A stretch of DNA of 64,000 nt from a candidate division FCPU426 bacterium. GTDB taxonomy: Bacteria > Oederibacteriota > Muellerivitia > Muellerivitales > Muellerivitaceae. The notes beneath the pieces are model-generated. The model did not search any database, was not told the DNA's origin, and worked only from the letters and a program-made list of their open reading frames with translations. Shown piece after piece: positions 40,946 through 50,603 of this stretch. The translations under genes and the position numbers were made by a program. Within the stretch, counting starts at the first letter, position 1. The number at the start of each line of letters is the position of its first letter. Location of the stretch: the NCBI GenBank assembly GCA_963771075.1, contig CAVYSE010000011.1:64001-128000 (forward strand). The letters run 5' to 3'.

Positions 40946-41833
40946 ATGGAAAAGAAATCGCTGACAACGTTATTAACATTTGTAATTTTTTTAATGACTG
41001 CTAATGCAATCTTGGCTCAAGACAATAAGCCAAACAGTGTCCCATCTCCTGAATTTTCTGCCATCGATCAATCTATTTATGTAATCACAAAAAATCGTTA
41101 TGCGGAGGGATTTGAACAACAAAGCGCCAAATTTACAGATTTGATCATGATTGAGATTATCCCTGCCAATGTTTCTTCGAAAAAACAAAACAGCTATGAA
41201 GTAGGGAAACTATACAAAATATTTTCAGGTGGAGAATTTCAAGGCTCCGTGAAAGTCGACAAAATCGTGGATCTTCAGTGCGATTCCAATGCAGCGGTTG
41301 TGAAACCGACGTCTTCTACAAAAATTCCAGCTGATGGTTTTGTTTTAGCGACCAATTCAAAAATCGTTAAATCGCACAGGAGCAATGTTTCTGCGCTTTC
41401 GCCAGGAGAGAGAACTCAGGTATTAAATTTGGTAATGGAAGAATTTAAAAAACGAATGGTTAACGTAAAAAATGTTTCGGACATCAAGATCAAGGACATA
41501 AGATCAACCCAACTGCTCCCAGACTCTGAGAAATCTGTTGTTGGTTCCTTCTTTTTGAAAAGTTCAACGTCTTTGGATAGGGTGTTTCTCATAGCCAGCC
41601 CTGTTGGAAACGAATTCAAAACTACTTTAGTTAAATATAACCATAGCACCGATCTCCAGGATGGAAAAGACGATGAACCTGAAATATTCGTAGATCAACT
41701 CGACATCAATGGGGATGGAAACGATGAAGTAATTACACAGGTTACTGGCTACGAAAATGAAGAATTTTGGGTATATAAAAGAAATAAAGATGGATGGATC
41801 AAAATTTGGATTGGCGGTGTTGGCGGTTGCTAA
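40946..41833 (+). CDS. Exported hypothetical protein (AT-rich gene)
   Basis: Signal peptide; DINGDGNDEV Ca-binding-like loop; ends GGC. Confidence 0.8.
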   Translation: MEKKSLTTLLTFVIFLMTANAILAQDNKPNSVPSPEFSAIDQSIYVITKNRYAEGFEQQSAKFTDLIMIEIIPANVSSKKQNSYEVGKLYKIFSGGEFQGSVKVDKIVDLQCDSNAAVVKPTSSTKIPADGFVLATNSKIVKSHRSNVSALSPGERTQVLNLVMEEFKKRMVNVKNVSDIKIKDIRSTQLLPDSEKSVVGSFFLKSSTSLDRVFLIASPVGNEFKTTLVKYNHSTDLQDGKDDEPEIFVDQLDINGDGNDEVITQVTGYENEEFWVYKRNKDGWIKIWIGGVGGC

Positions 41834-41959
41834 AAATAAATTGGTAACAGGCGATGGAGAAGAAATCAATTTATTGCTTTGTCCAGGACGGGGACCCATC
41901 GAGGTCGAAAATGTGTTTTTAAGGTTCTTGGTAATGGCTTTGTTTAGCGAGGAGGTGCC

Positions 41960-42472
41960 ATGAACTTACGTTACATAAATAAAAAAGGGACGCTTCTATT
42001 GGCGGTTCTTTGGTTTGCCGTTGCATTCTCGCATCTGGTGGGGGCGGGAACCTCACCCACTCCTTCGATTGTCAACTCTTCCAAAATGACGGCCATGCGA
42101 AAGGCCCTCCAGGTCTATGCCTATGAGAAGGGGTCGGATGTGGTTTCGGATGTCACGGGCATCTTCGACCAAAAGAGCCAGAAAGTGAACCTGAAGTGCG
42201 AGTTCAAGAACCTGACGAAAAAGGAGATCCACGGGGTGCGGGGCATCCTGCGCTTTACCACGATCTTCGGCGACTTCATCACCGACCAATCCCTCGAATC
42301 GACCGCGGTGATCGCCCCCGGCCAGGTGATTTCCATTTCCTGGGATATCCCCTCGGAAAGATTCACGGGCAACAGGATGGAAACATTCAAGAAGCTCAAG
42401 CTCGACCAGATGAAGCAAATTTGGTATCCCCGTATGATCGTTTTCACTGACGGAACGGTCCTGAAAGAATAA
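41960..42472 (+). CDS. Exported hypothetical protein
   Basis: GGAGG SD, signal peptide, beta-rich, ends IVFTDGTVLK. Confidence 0.75.
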   Translation: MNLRYINKKGTLLLAVLWFAVAFSHLVGAGTSPTPSIVNSSKMTAMRKALQVYAYEKGSDVVSDVTGIFDQKSQKVNLKCEFKNLTKKEIHGVRGILRFTTIFGDFITDQSLESTAVIAPGQVISISWDIPSERFTGNRMETFKKLKLDQMKQIWYPRMIVFTDGTVLKE

Positions 42473-43198
42473 ATGCCCATGAACCCTACCAGGCTGGTGC
42501 TATTCGACATCGACGGAACGCTGCTTTCTACCTACCGCAAGGGTTGGGAGGAGCCCTTTACCAGCGGGATAGTCGTGACTTTCCGGGAAATGAATATTCC
42601 CGTCACCATCGACTCATCCCGTTTCCGGGCGGGGGGAAAGACCGACCCCCAGATCATCTGGGAGCTTCTGGAGGGCAACAATATCTCAGAGGAAGACTTC
42701 AACAAGGCCCTGCCCCAGATCCAGAAAAGGTACTTGAGAAGCATGAAGGAGAAGGTCAAGGGTCCCCAGCATGTGCAGTTGAAGCCCGGGGTCAAGGAAC
42801 TGCTTGCCGATTGGGAGCTCCGGAAAGAATTGCTGATTGGCTTGCTGACCGGCAATTTTGAGGAGGGCGCCCGCTGGAAACTGGAAACCCACAAATTGAA
42901 CCATTATTTTCCCTTCGGGGCCTTCGGGGACGGGACCAAGGTTCGAGCGGACCTGCCGGCCAGGGCCGTGGCGGAAGCCAAGCGCATTACCGGGCAAGAT
43001 TTTAAGGGAAAAGACATCGTCATCATTGGCGACACGCCCAACGACGTGCTTTGCGGCAAGCCCCTGGGGGTTCGAACGGTGGCGGTGGCTTCCAGTAACT
43101 ATTCGATGGATGAATTGAAAGGGGCAAACCCCGATTATTTGTTCGAGAATCTGGTGGATAAGGATAAGGTGCTCCAGGCCATCCTGGATACGCTTTAA
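42473..43198 (+). CDS. HAD-family hydrolase (phosphoglycolate phosphatase-like)
   Basis: LFDIDGTL, GKTD, LLTGN, IIGDTPND. Confidence 0.92.
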   Translation: MPMNPTRLVLFDIDGTLLSTYRKGWEEPFTSGIVVTFREMNIPVTIDSSRFRAGGKTDPQIIWELLEGNNISEEDFNKALPQIQKRYLRSMKEKVKGPQHVQLKPGVKELLADWELRKELLIGLLTGNFEEGARWKLETHKLNHYFPFGAFGDGTKVRADLPARAVAEAKRITGQDFKGKDIVIIGDTPNDVLCGKPLGVRTVAVASSNYSMDELKGANPDYLFENLVDKDKVLQAILDTL

Positions 43199-43204
43199 AA
43201 TTTT

Positions 43205-43279
43205 CACCACGGCACAAAGTCACCAAGAAAGTCTAAGATTTTAAAACGGAAATTTTGCTTTCCTTGGTGTCTTGGTGGT
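43205..43279. repeat. Imperfect inverted repeat of 8-10-nt units
   Basis: CACCACGGCACAAAGTCACCAAG ... CTTGGTGTCTTGGTGGT around an AT-rich spacer. Confidence 0.6.
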
Positions 43280-43312
43280 TTTATTTGTTTGAATAACATT
43301 TAGGGGGACGAT

Positions 43313-44140
43313 ATGAAAATCAAACTAGCCCACAGCCCGGACGCGGACGACGCCTTCATGTTTTACGGCCTCGCCAAGGGCAAGATTGATACCGAAGGAA
43401 TCGAATACGAGCACGTCTTGAAGGATATCCAGACCCTGAACGACTGGGCCCAGGAGGGGCACATGGAAGTGACGGCCATCTCGGCTCACGCCTACGCCTA
43501 CGTGAAGGACAAGTATGACGTTTTGACCCACGGGGGAAGCATCGGCCGAAACTACGGCCCCATGGTGGTGGCCACCGAGGAAATGACCATTGACCAGCTC
43601 AAGGGCCGGAAAATCGCCGTTCCGGGCAAGCTCACCAGCGCCTACCTGGCCCTGAGGCTTTGCCTTCCCGAGTTCGTGGAAGTGGTCATGGACTTCGACC
43701 GCATCATGGACGCGGTGATCAAGGGGGATGTGGAAGCGGGCCTTTTGATCCACGAAGGCCAGCTGACCTACCATGAGAAGGGCCTGCATAAGATCCTGGA
43801 ACTGGGAGAGTGGTGGTTCCAAACGACGGGCATGGTCCTCCCGATGGGGTTGAACGCCATTCGAAAGGACCTACCGGCGGACGTGAAGGCGAAAGTTTCA
43901 AAGCACCTCAAGGAATCCATCAAGTTTTCATTGGCCAACCGGGACGCGGCGCTTGATTACGCCTTGGGTTTCGGTCGGGGTCTTTCCCGGGACGTGGCGG
44001 ACAGGTTCGTCGGCATGTGGGTAAACGACCGCACAGTGAACATGGGCGAGGAAGGGAAAAAAGCGGTGAGAACCTTCCTGAAAGAAGGGGAGAAGATGAA
44101 GCTGATTCCCCCCGTCGGCGAGGTTGTTTTTATTGATTAG
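43313..44140 (+). CDS. mqnD: 1,4-dihydroxy-6-naphthoate synthase (futalosine menaquinone pathway)
   Basis: AHSPDADDAFMF, DIQTLN, YGP, IHEGQLTY, MWVN. Confidence 0.9.
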   Translation: MKIKLAHSPDADDAFMFYGLAKGKIDTEGIEYEHVLKDIQTLNDWAQEGHMEVTAISAHAYAYVKDKYDVLTHGGSIGRNYGPMVVATEEMTIDQLKGRKIAVPGKLTSAYLALRLCLPEFVEVVMDFDRIMDAVIKGDVEAGLLIHEGQLTYHEKGLHKILELGEWWFQTTGMVLPMGLNAIRKDLPADVKAKVSKHLKESIKFSLANRDAALDYALGFGRGLSRDVADRFVGMWVNDRTVNMGEEGKKAVRTFLKEGEKMKLIPPVGEVVFID

Positions 44141-44153
44141 CCGAAAGAAGAAT

Positions 44154-44576
44154 TTGGGTGATGCTAACAGCCAATCGCCAACAGCTAACAGCTGGTCCCT
44201 ATACATCGCCGAATGCGCCGACGGCACCTATTACACCGGCATTGCCAAGGACGTTGAAAAACGAATCGAAACCCACAACTCGGGCAAGGGGAGTAAGTAC
44301 ACGGCCGCCCATGGGCCCGTGCGCCTTATCTTTCAGGAACCCCAGGGTGACTATTCCACGGCCTTGAGGCGGGAATACCAGGTGAAAAATGTATCGAAAG
44401 CTCGGAAGATACGTCTGATCGGGGGTGAACCCCTCCCGCCGCCTGATGAAAAGGGCAAAATGACCTTCCAGAAAGTAAAAAAACAGAAGAAAAGGAATAG
44501 ACGAACCCCAAAAGAGGTAATTTCACCGCCAAGACGAAAAGTTCGCCAAGAAAAGCAAAAACCGATTAAGATTTAA
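44154..44576 (+). CDS. GIY-YIG nuclease (UPF0213-like) with basic tail
   Basis: LYIAECADGTYYTGI, R...HNSGKGSKYT, ALRREYQVK; start uncertain. Confidence 0.85.
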   Translation: MGDANSQSPTANSWSLYIAECADGTYYTGIAKDVEKRIETHNSGKGSKYTAAHGPVRLIFQEPQGDYSTALRREYQVKNVSKARKIRLIGGEPLPPPDEKGKMTFQKVKKQKKRNRRTPKEVISPPRRKVRQEKQKPIKI

Positions 44577-44636
44577 AGAATTCAAACCGTACATTTTTTT
44601 CCGATGTTCTTGGCGTACTTGGCGTCTTGGCGGTGA
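44523..44636. repeat. 30-bp inverted repeat pair
   Basis: TCACCGCCAAGACGAAAAGTTCGCCAAGAA / TTCTTGGCGTACTTGGCGTCTTGGCGGTGA, 27/30 match. Confidence 0.85.
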
Positions 44637-44691
44637 TTATTTAGTTGTTTCCTTTGTTGGTACATTTACGACTTTACGGTACATTTCACCT

Positions 44692-45477
44692 ATGAATCAG
44701 AACCCACCCCCTTTGGAAGTCGGCGCGGCCCTTATCTACGAGAACGGCCGTTATCTGATCACCCAGCGCATGCCGGGGGATTCGTTCGGGGGTTATTGGG
44801 AACTGCCGGGGGGCAAAAAAGAACCCAACGAATCGCTGGAAGAATGCGTCATTCGCGAGTTGAAAGAAGAGTTGGGTATCGAAGTGTCCATAAAGACATT
44901 CTACAAGATCGTTAATTACCATTACCCCAACCGGGATGTGCGCCTGAACATCTTCCTTTGCGGGGTTAAGAGCGGAGTGCCGCAGAAGATCGAGGTGGCC
45001 GATTTCGCCTGGGTATCTCCCGGGGACCTTTCCTCCTACAACTTTCCCGAGGCGGACCAGACCTTGATCGAGGAGATCAAACAAAAGGATTGGGCCGCCG
45101 ATGAGAAGGCCAAGTATCTTCACGAGTACCTGGAGGGAATTAAGCTTTTCAACTCGGGAATGTATTTTGAGTGCCATGAGATGATCGAGGATATTTGGAT
45201 GAAGGTGGAAGGCCTGGATAAACTTCACTACCAAGCCCTCATCCAGGTTGCCGTGGGGGTACATCACTTTAAAAACGGCAATTGGACGGGAGCTATCGGT
45301 CTATATGAAAAGGCTTTGGAAAAATGGAAACAACTGCCTTCGACTTATTTGGGGATGGATATTGAGAAATTAAAAGAAGATTTTGGCTTGTTTTTTGAGA
45401 CCCTCCGCAAGGCCGGCGCCCACGGCATGCACCTCGTGCCTGAAAGCGCCGTACCAAAAATAACATTAACGGATTGA
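44692..45477 (+). CDS. MutT-like NUDIX hydrolase fused to DUF309
   Basis: Nudix box GGKKEPNESLEECVIRELKEELGI; C-terminal FNSGMYFECHEMIEDIW..QALIQVAVGVHH. Confidence 0.88.
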   Translation: MNQNPPPLEVGAALIYENGRYLITQRMPGDSFGGYWELPGGKKEPNESLEECVIRELKEELGIEVSIKTFYKIVNYHYPNRDVRLNIFLCGVKSGVPQKIEVADFAWVSPGDLSSYNFPEADQTLIEEIKQKDWAADEKAKYLHEYLEGIKLFNSGMYFECHEMIEDIWMKVEGLDKLHYQALIQVAVGVHHFKNGNWTGAIGLYEKALEKWKQLPSTYLGMDIEKLKEDFGLFFETLRKAGAHGMHLVPESAVPKITLTD

Positions 45478-45512
45478 CCGATTTCAATAGCTTGGTCACC
45501 CAATATTCGATT

Positions 45513-47496
45513 TCATTCTCGTCTGTGTTCGAAATGAGTCTCAACCTCCTTGAAAATGGGGAGAGGGTATCCTTTTTCCAATGCCAGGCGGGCGGTGGCG
45601 TGTGAAATCGCAGGATCATTCGAGGACAATAAAAATAATATTTTTTCATCACGGCAGGATTCCAGAAAGGGATCGGGCCTTTCTCCAAGAGCGGTATCCA
45701 GCAATTTTTGGATGAACTGCTGAACGGGTTCGGCCGGCAAATGGTTTAAAAAATCGGCGACATCATTTCTGAATTCGATGTCGATCTTACACCAGGAGCC
45801 GAGTATTTCCTTGTTATCGGATCGGATGGGAATCACCCCAAGAAACCGTCGGCCCTTCTTCCATAAGTTATCCGGTCCTAAGTCATGCCATTGGATGCCG
45901 GAAATCCGACGGTTTAAAAAGGGAAGGTATTCCTCGTTTTCCAACAGGGCTACCCAACGGATTTGGGTGGGTTGTATTCTTGGATTGACGATGGCGTTGA
46001 AGGAGTAGGCGGCAAAATCCATGGAATGGTTCCAGGTCATGTTGGTCAGATCCGACAACAGATAGCCCGGGCCGACAGGCGCGTATTGGGTTTTAAGGAT
46101 TTCATAGGCTTTTGGCAAGTTCTGTCCGTTGGTTTCTTCCCTCCCAGCCCAAATAGGTTGGTTATGGTACAAATCCAAGCAGGTGGCGGAAATGAACAAT
46201 AAAAAGACCACTCGAATTGCTTGTCTGGCAGGCATTGCCCCCAAAAGACGCTGAAAACCCAGACCTGCCAATAAGGTTTGAATGGGAAAGGATGGAAGAA
46301 TTCTGAAAATATCGAAACCAATCGATAAGAATCCGGGTGCCAGGGTCACGATCAAACTGAAAAGGAGCCATTTTAGGAATGGCGAGGAAAGGATCCGTTT
46401 AAATTCCGCGAGTCCAAGGAAAATCAAGGAAGTCAATATCGGGTTCCACATTCCTCCCCAGTGAGGCCCGTATCCCCCGACCAAGTTGCGCCAAAATAAA
46501 GAGGTGGCATTACTGGCCCAAAAGGTCCATGGCGAGTAGACCTCCGGATGGGGGGTGAAAATCCAAAGGGAATGGATATGGGTCCCGTAATGTTCATGGA
46601 TAGCGGACCGTATAAATAAAATCATGAAAAAGGAAAAAGGGAATGAAGATAGCCCGGGAATTTTTTTGGAATCCTAGCGCGATCAAAGCGATAAGAATGA
46701 TAAGAGTGACCACCGACCAGGAGATGCTGATGAAAAAGCCTGAACCCGTGAGGATTCCTAATATCAAAGCGTTTTGTGGTTGCCTGGTTGAAAAATGAAT
46801 AAGCCGTCCCAAAAAACCCAAAGCGGCAATTTGCCAAAGCAACGCAAGCACATGGAAAAAACAAAGATCACCCGCATACAAAGTCCAAAACCCGGTCGCG
46901 GTGACCATCAGGCAAAATAGGGAAAGAGACCTTGGGAAGCATGTGCGTGCGGAGCTGTAGGTGATGGCGACGATCAAACCCGAGATGACAATAGAATAAA
47001 AGCGGGTCGTGAAAAGACTCGGGTTGAAAAGTTTATATATCAAGGCCAAGCCCCAATAAAAGGGAGCCGGGTTTTGGGCGTGGGATAAAAACAAAGGCCA
47101 GGACCACTTTTGGGATAACTCCAGTGAGAAAAAGGATAATAGGGAACTGTCTCCATCCGGCCAATGGGCCCAAAAGGTCATTTGCCCTATACGGGCGAAT
47201 AAAGCCGCGCCATAAATTAAAAGCCAAAACCAAATAGGTATGGCCTCTATGAAGTCTTTTTGATGGAGCACAAAAGGGGGCATGCGGGAAGGTGTTATCA
47301 AGAGCGCAACGAAAGGTAAGCAAAGCCCGAAAAGAAAAATCCAAATTACAAGCTGAAGGCTTAGGTTCCCGTAAGAAAGGAAACAATTGGAAACAAGGAA
47401 TAAAAGAAAATAAGCCCAAGGATTGTTCGGAAGGGGTTGATGTGCCCGGAGGGCTTGGATTGCGCCCGCGATTTTCAAATTTTCCTCATGAGCCAT
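45513..47496 (-). CDS. GT39/ArnT-like membrane glycosyltransferase (frameshift near 46627-46631)
   Basis: Paralogous motifs to 29585-31689; ORFs 46594-47496 and 45513-46625 join on removing one base. Confidence 0.68.
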
Positions 47497-47515
47497 CCGG
47501 AAGGCTCTATTGGTC

Positions 47516-48433
47516 TTATGCCAAACAATCGGAATTTCTTTTCCACATCGGGTATTTGATCCGCTCCAACGCGCTGTTGCGGGTGAATTCTTTGAACTCC
47601 TGTTCTGACATATTAGAAGCTTTCTCCAAAGTTAAATCCAACAATTCCGGGCGGGGAGCAAAGCCTTCCTCCCGTCTCGCCGGTGCGTTGGTGTTGTAGG
47701 GACAGGCCGTTTGACAAAGGTCACAACCCGCCAGATAACCGTGTTGGTTCACATCCTTAGGAAAATCTGAGCGGTGTTCCAGGGTGAGATAGCTGATGCA
47801 TTTCGTCGCGTTCAAAACTCCCGGTTCTTCCAAGGCACCCACGGGGCAGGCATCCATACAGGAAGTGCAGGTTTTACAAAGGTTGTCCGTGGGGTTGTCA
47901 TAGGCTAGTTCTGCGTCGGTCAGAATTTCGCCCAGGAACAAAAAAGAACCGAACTTGCGGTTTAACAGAAGGGTGTTCTTGCCGATCCAGCCTAATCCGG
48001 CCTGGGCCGCATAACTCCGCTCCAATATCGGTCCCGTATCCACGTACCACTTGGCAATCGAATCCGGGCAGAGTGTTTGGCTAAGGTAATCGGTGAGAGT
48101 CTTAAGCTTACCACCTACAACCTTGTGGTAATCCTGCCCCCAGGCGTAACAGGAAATGGGATGTTTCTCCAACAGAGGATAATGCTCGGGCTTGGGGTTG
48201 TAGCTTAAGGCCACGCAAAAAACGGATTTGGCGCCGGGAAGAACAAGCTGGGGATCCCCGCGCTCGGTTTTGCGGCGGTTCAAATACTCCATCTCACCGG
48301 CATATCCTTTGGCGAGCCAATCCAAATAATATGAAAAATCGGGGGAAGTAATAGCGGGAGTAGCGCCGGATAGTTCAAAGCCGAGTTCGGAAGCCTTTTG
48401 CTTTAAGATGCGGGTGGTTTCCGCCGGACTCAT
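47516..48433 (-). CDS. queG: Epoxyqueuosine reductase
   Basis: WL.KGYAGEMEYL, YAWGQDYH, VDTGPILER, GLGWIGKN, C..C..C...CP, GCDLCQ.ACP. Confidence 0.95.
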   Translation of the reverse strand: MSPAETTRILKQKASELGFELSGATPAITSPDFSYYLDWLAKGYAGEMEYLNRRKTERGDPQLVLPGAKSVFCVALSYNPKPEHYPLLEKHPISCYAWGQDYHKVVGGKLKTLTDYLSQTLCPDSIAKWYVDTGPILERSYAAQAGLGWIGKNTLLLNRKFGSFLFLGEILTDAELAYDNPTDNLCKTCTSCMDACPVGALEEPGVLNATKCISYLTLEHRSDFPKDVNQHGYLAGCDLCQTACPYNTNAPARREEGFAPRPELLDLTLEKASNMSEQEFKEFTRNSALERIKYPMWKRNSDCLA

Positions 48434-48969
48434 TTGTTCTTGAGAAGGGAGTAGGTCTGGCCCGAAGCGCTCAATAAAGCCAGGATGAAAATGGGGACGA
48501 TAAAGGGCCTCAAAGCAGGGCGGAGGGCGAAATAGAGGAAACCACCAAAGAGGACCACGGCCCATGAAAAGGCCAGCCAAAAATAATCCCAAGGGTTATT
48601 TTGGGATACCCGATGATGCTGCATTTTTTTGAAGAATTCGGCGGCGGTGTGCCTTTCCCTGGTATGGCGGTTATCCACTTGGCCGCCGAGGTTCTTGAGG
48701 AGCAATTCGACCAGGTGCAATTGCAAATCGTAAGCTTTAGGGGGGGCGTCGGATGAAACGTGGAGGCTAAACTTTCCTTCTCCCTCGTCGTAAGAAACCA
48801 GGCATTCCACCTCGGGGGGGCCCGGCTCGTGGAATCGCAAGTCTTCCCATTGGTCCGGTTTGCCCTTCACGGTGACTTCCACCGGAAAACCCATTTTATG
48901 GATTTGATCCAGCAGGGAAGGCGCTGAGGGAAGTTTCGTTTTTTCCGGCGTTAATATGAATTCGGGCAT
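48430..48969 (-). CDS. Hypothetical protein with two C-terminal TM helices
   Basis: 179-aa ORF whose stop overlaps the queG start (ATGA). Confidence 0.7.
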   Translation of the reverse strand: MPEFILTPEKTKLPSAPSLLDQIHKMGFPVEVTVKGKPDQWEDLRFHEPGPPEVECLVSYDEGEGKFSLHVSSDAPPKAYDLQLHLVELLLKNLGGQVDNRHTRERHTAAEFFKKMQHHRVSQNNPWDYFWLAFSWAVVLFGGFLYFALRPALRPFIVPIFILALLSASGQTYSLLKNK

Positions 48970-49043
48970 GGCACCCTATCAATGGATTCGGATGGCAACC
49001 GACTCATTATAACCACTTCATTTGGGGGAGGGGCTTTTGGTGT

Positions 49044-49074
49044 AAAAAAAGGGACGGGTAGGTCCCCGTCCCTT
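49044..49074 (-). terminator. Intrinsic terminator after mtnD
   Basis: AAGGGACGGG/CCCGTCCCTT stem with T7 tail on the minus strand. Confidence 0.75.
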
Positions 49075-49213
49075 CGGATTATTTTAAACCAACAACATTC
49101 ACCACTAAATACACAAAGGAAAAAGCCATTCGAAAAACTTGGGTTTGAGGAAAACCAAAATTAAATTTTGTGCTTTGTTTGCTTGGTAACCTTTGTGGTA
49201 AGAGCTGGGGGTT

Positions 49214-49681
49214 TTAAGAAGCCGCGCCCGCCGCCTCCAAATCCTTGCGGTAAAGCGGGGTCCAGCCGGATTGGTCCTTAAATAACCGGACACAATGAAT
49301 GTTCCTTTCCTCGGTCAGGTAAAACTTGTGAAAGCGGTTGGCGGGAACCAGGATGAAATCGCTGGGGTCCACCTTCACCTTCATCCAGCGGTCGTCCTTA
49401 CTGCGGATTTCGAACACCCCCGAGCCGGCCAGCACGAAACGCACCTCATCATCGGTGTGCAGGTGTTCGCCCACGAATTTCTGGCAGAGGGCGTCGAAGT
49501 TGGGCATCTCGGGCCACATCTTGACATGGTCCATGGTGACATAGCCCCGTTCTTTCATGAGGGCTTCCAGGGGCCCCTTATACTTCGCCTCATCTGTCTC
49601 AAATTGCTCGTAGGTGACGCCCTGGGCGTTGAGTTCCAGGGCGGTTATTTCCTGGTTGGTGTCGGTCCAGATTGCCTTCAT
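49214..49681 (-). CDS. mtnD: Acireductone dioxygenase
   Basis: EHLHTDDEVRF..GSG.F, VPANRFHKF, RLF....W. Confidence 0.93.
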   Translation of the reverse strand: MKAIWTDTNQEITALELNAQGVTYEQFETDEAKYKGPLEALMKERGYVTMDHVKMWPEMPNFDALCQKFVGEHLHTDDEVRFVLAGSGVFEIRSKDDRWMKVKVDPSDFILVPANRFHKFYLTEERNIHCVRLFKDQSGWTPLYRKDLEAAGAAS

Positions 49682-49755
49682 TTTTATCTCCCCCTCAACT
49701 GATTTTTTGAATTTTAAGGATTGAGTTGTAGGTTAGAACCCGAAACTTCGAACCG

Positions 49756-50415
49756 TTAATCATTCGCGATTCCCAGTTGTTTCCGCCGGGCGGCCGCGGC
49801 AAAGAGGTAGTCATAGCATTCGGCTTGGGTCTTGGCTTGCTTCCAATCCTTGCCCCAAACGTACATCCCGTGGTTGCGCACCAGCACGGCGTAAGACCGG
49901 GGATTATTTTGGATGGCCTCGCCCAAAGAATCAGCCAGGTCGCATTCGTGAGCGGTGTTGTTGATGATGGGCACGTTGACCGTGTCGAAGGCCCCATAGC
50001 CTTCCAGGCCCTTCTGCATCTCCAGGTTGCTGATGGTGAACTGCTTGTCGAACAGCTCGGTAGCGATGACCGCGTTGATCGAATGGCTGTGCAAGACCGC
50101 TCCGGCTTTGCGTTGCTTGTAGGCATGCATGAAGAGGGGGGCGCACTGGGAAAGCTTCAAGCCAAGGCCCGGTTCCTGGACGACCTGGCCCTCCAAGTCG
50201 AGTACGAAGATGTCCTCGGGTTTCAGGCGTTCCTTTTGGACCCCGCTGGGGGCCATGTAGATATGCTTTTCATCCCGGATGGAGATACCGCCGCCGGTGC
50301 CGGAAGCCCAGCCGAGATTGAAAAAATGTCCGCAAAGCTCGCATATCAGGGCGCGGATTTCCTGGGCGGAAGGGTAGCGCGGTTTTTCTTTGACTTCTTT
50401 TAAGGTGATATTCAT
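49756..50415 (-). CDS. mtnB: Methylthioribulose-1-phosphate dehydratase (APIP/Mde1-like)
   Basis: GW.SGTGGGIS, APSGVQKER, SQCAPLF, HSHS, LVRNHGMYVWG, ECYDYLF. Confidence 0.94.
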   Translation of the reverse strand: MNITLKEVKEKPRYPSAQEIRALICELCGHFFNLGWASGTGGGISIRDEKHIYMAPSGVQKERLKPEDIFVLDLEGQVVQEPGLGLKLSQCAPLFMHAYKQRKAGAVLHSHSINAVIATELFDKQFTISNLEMQKGLEGYGAFDTVNVPIINNTAHECDLADSLGEAIQNNPRSYAVLVRNHGMYVWGKDWKQAKTQAECYDYLFAAAARRKQLGIAND

Positions 50416-50603
50416 TTTCAGTTAAAATAACAACGTGAATTGCCAAATTCAATGGTTTGGGCCAAAACTTTTAATAGAGGACTCAGAGTAAAAAGTATAA
50501 AAGTGTAAAGACTTATCCCCATTAAAACTCTGCGTTACTCTGTGTGACTCTGAGGTTCAATCTTATTTGACTATTTGGACACCCGTGGGGTAAGGAGTGA
50601 AGA

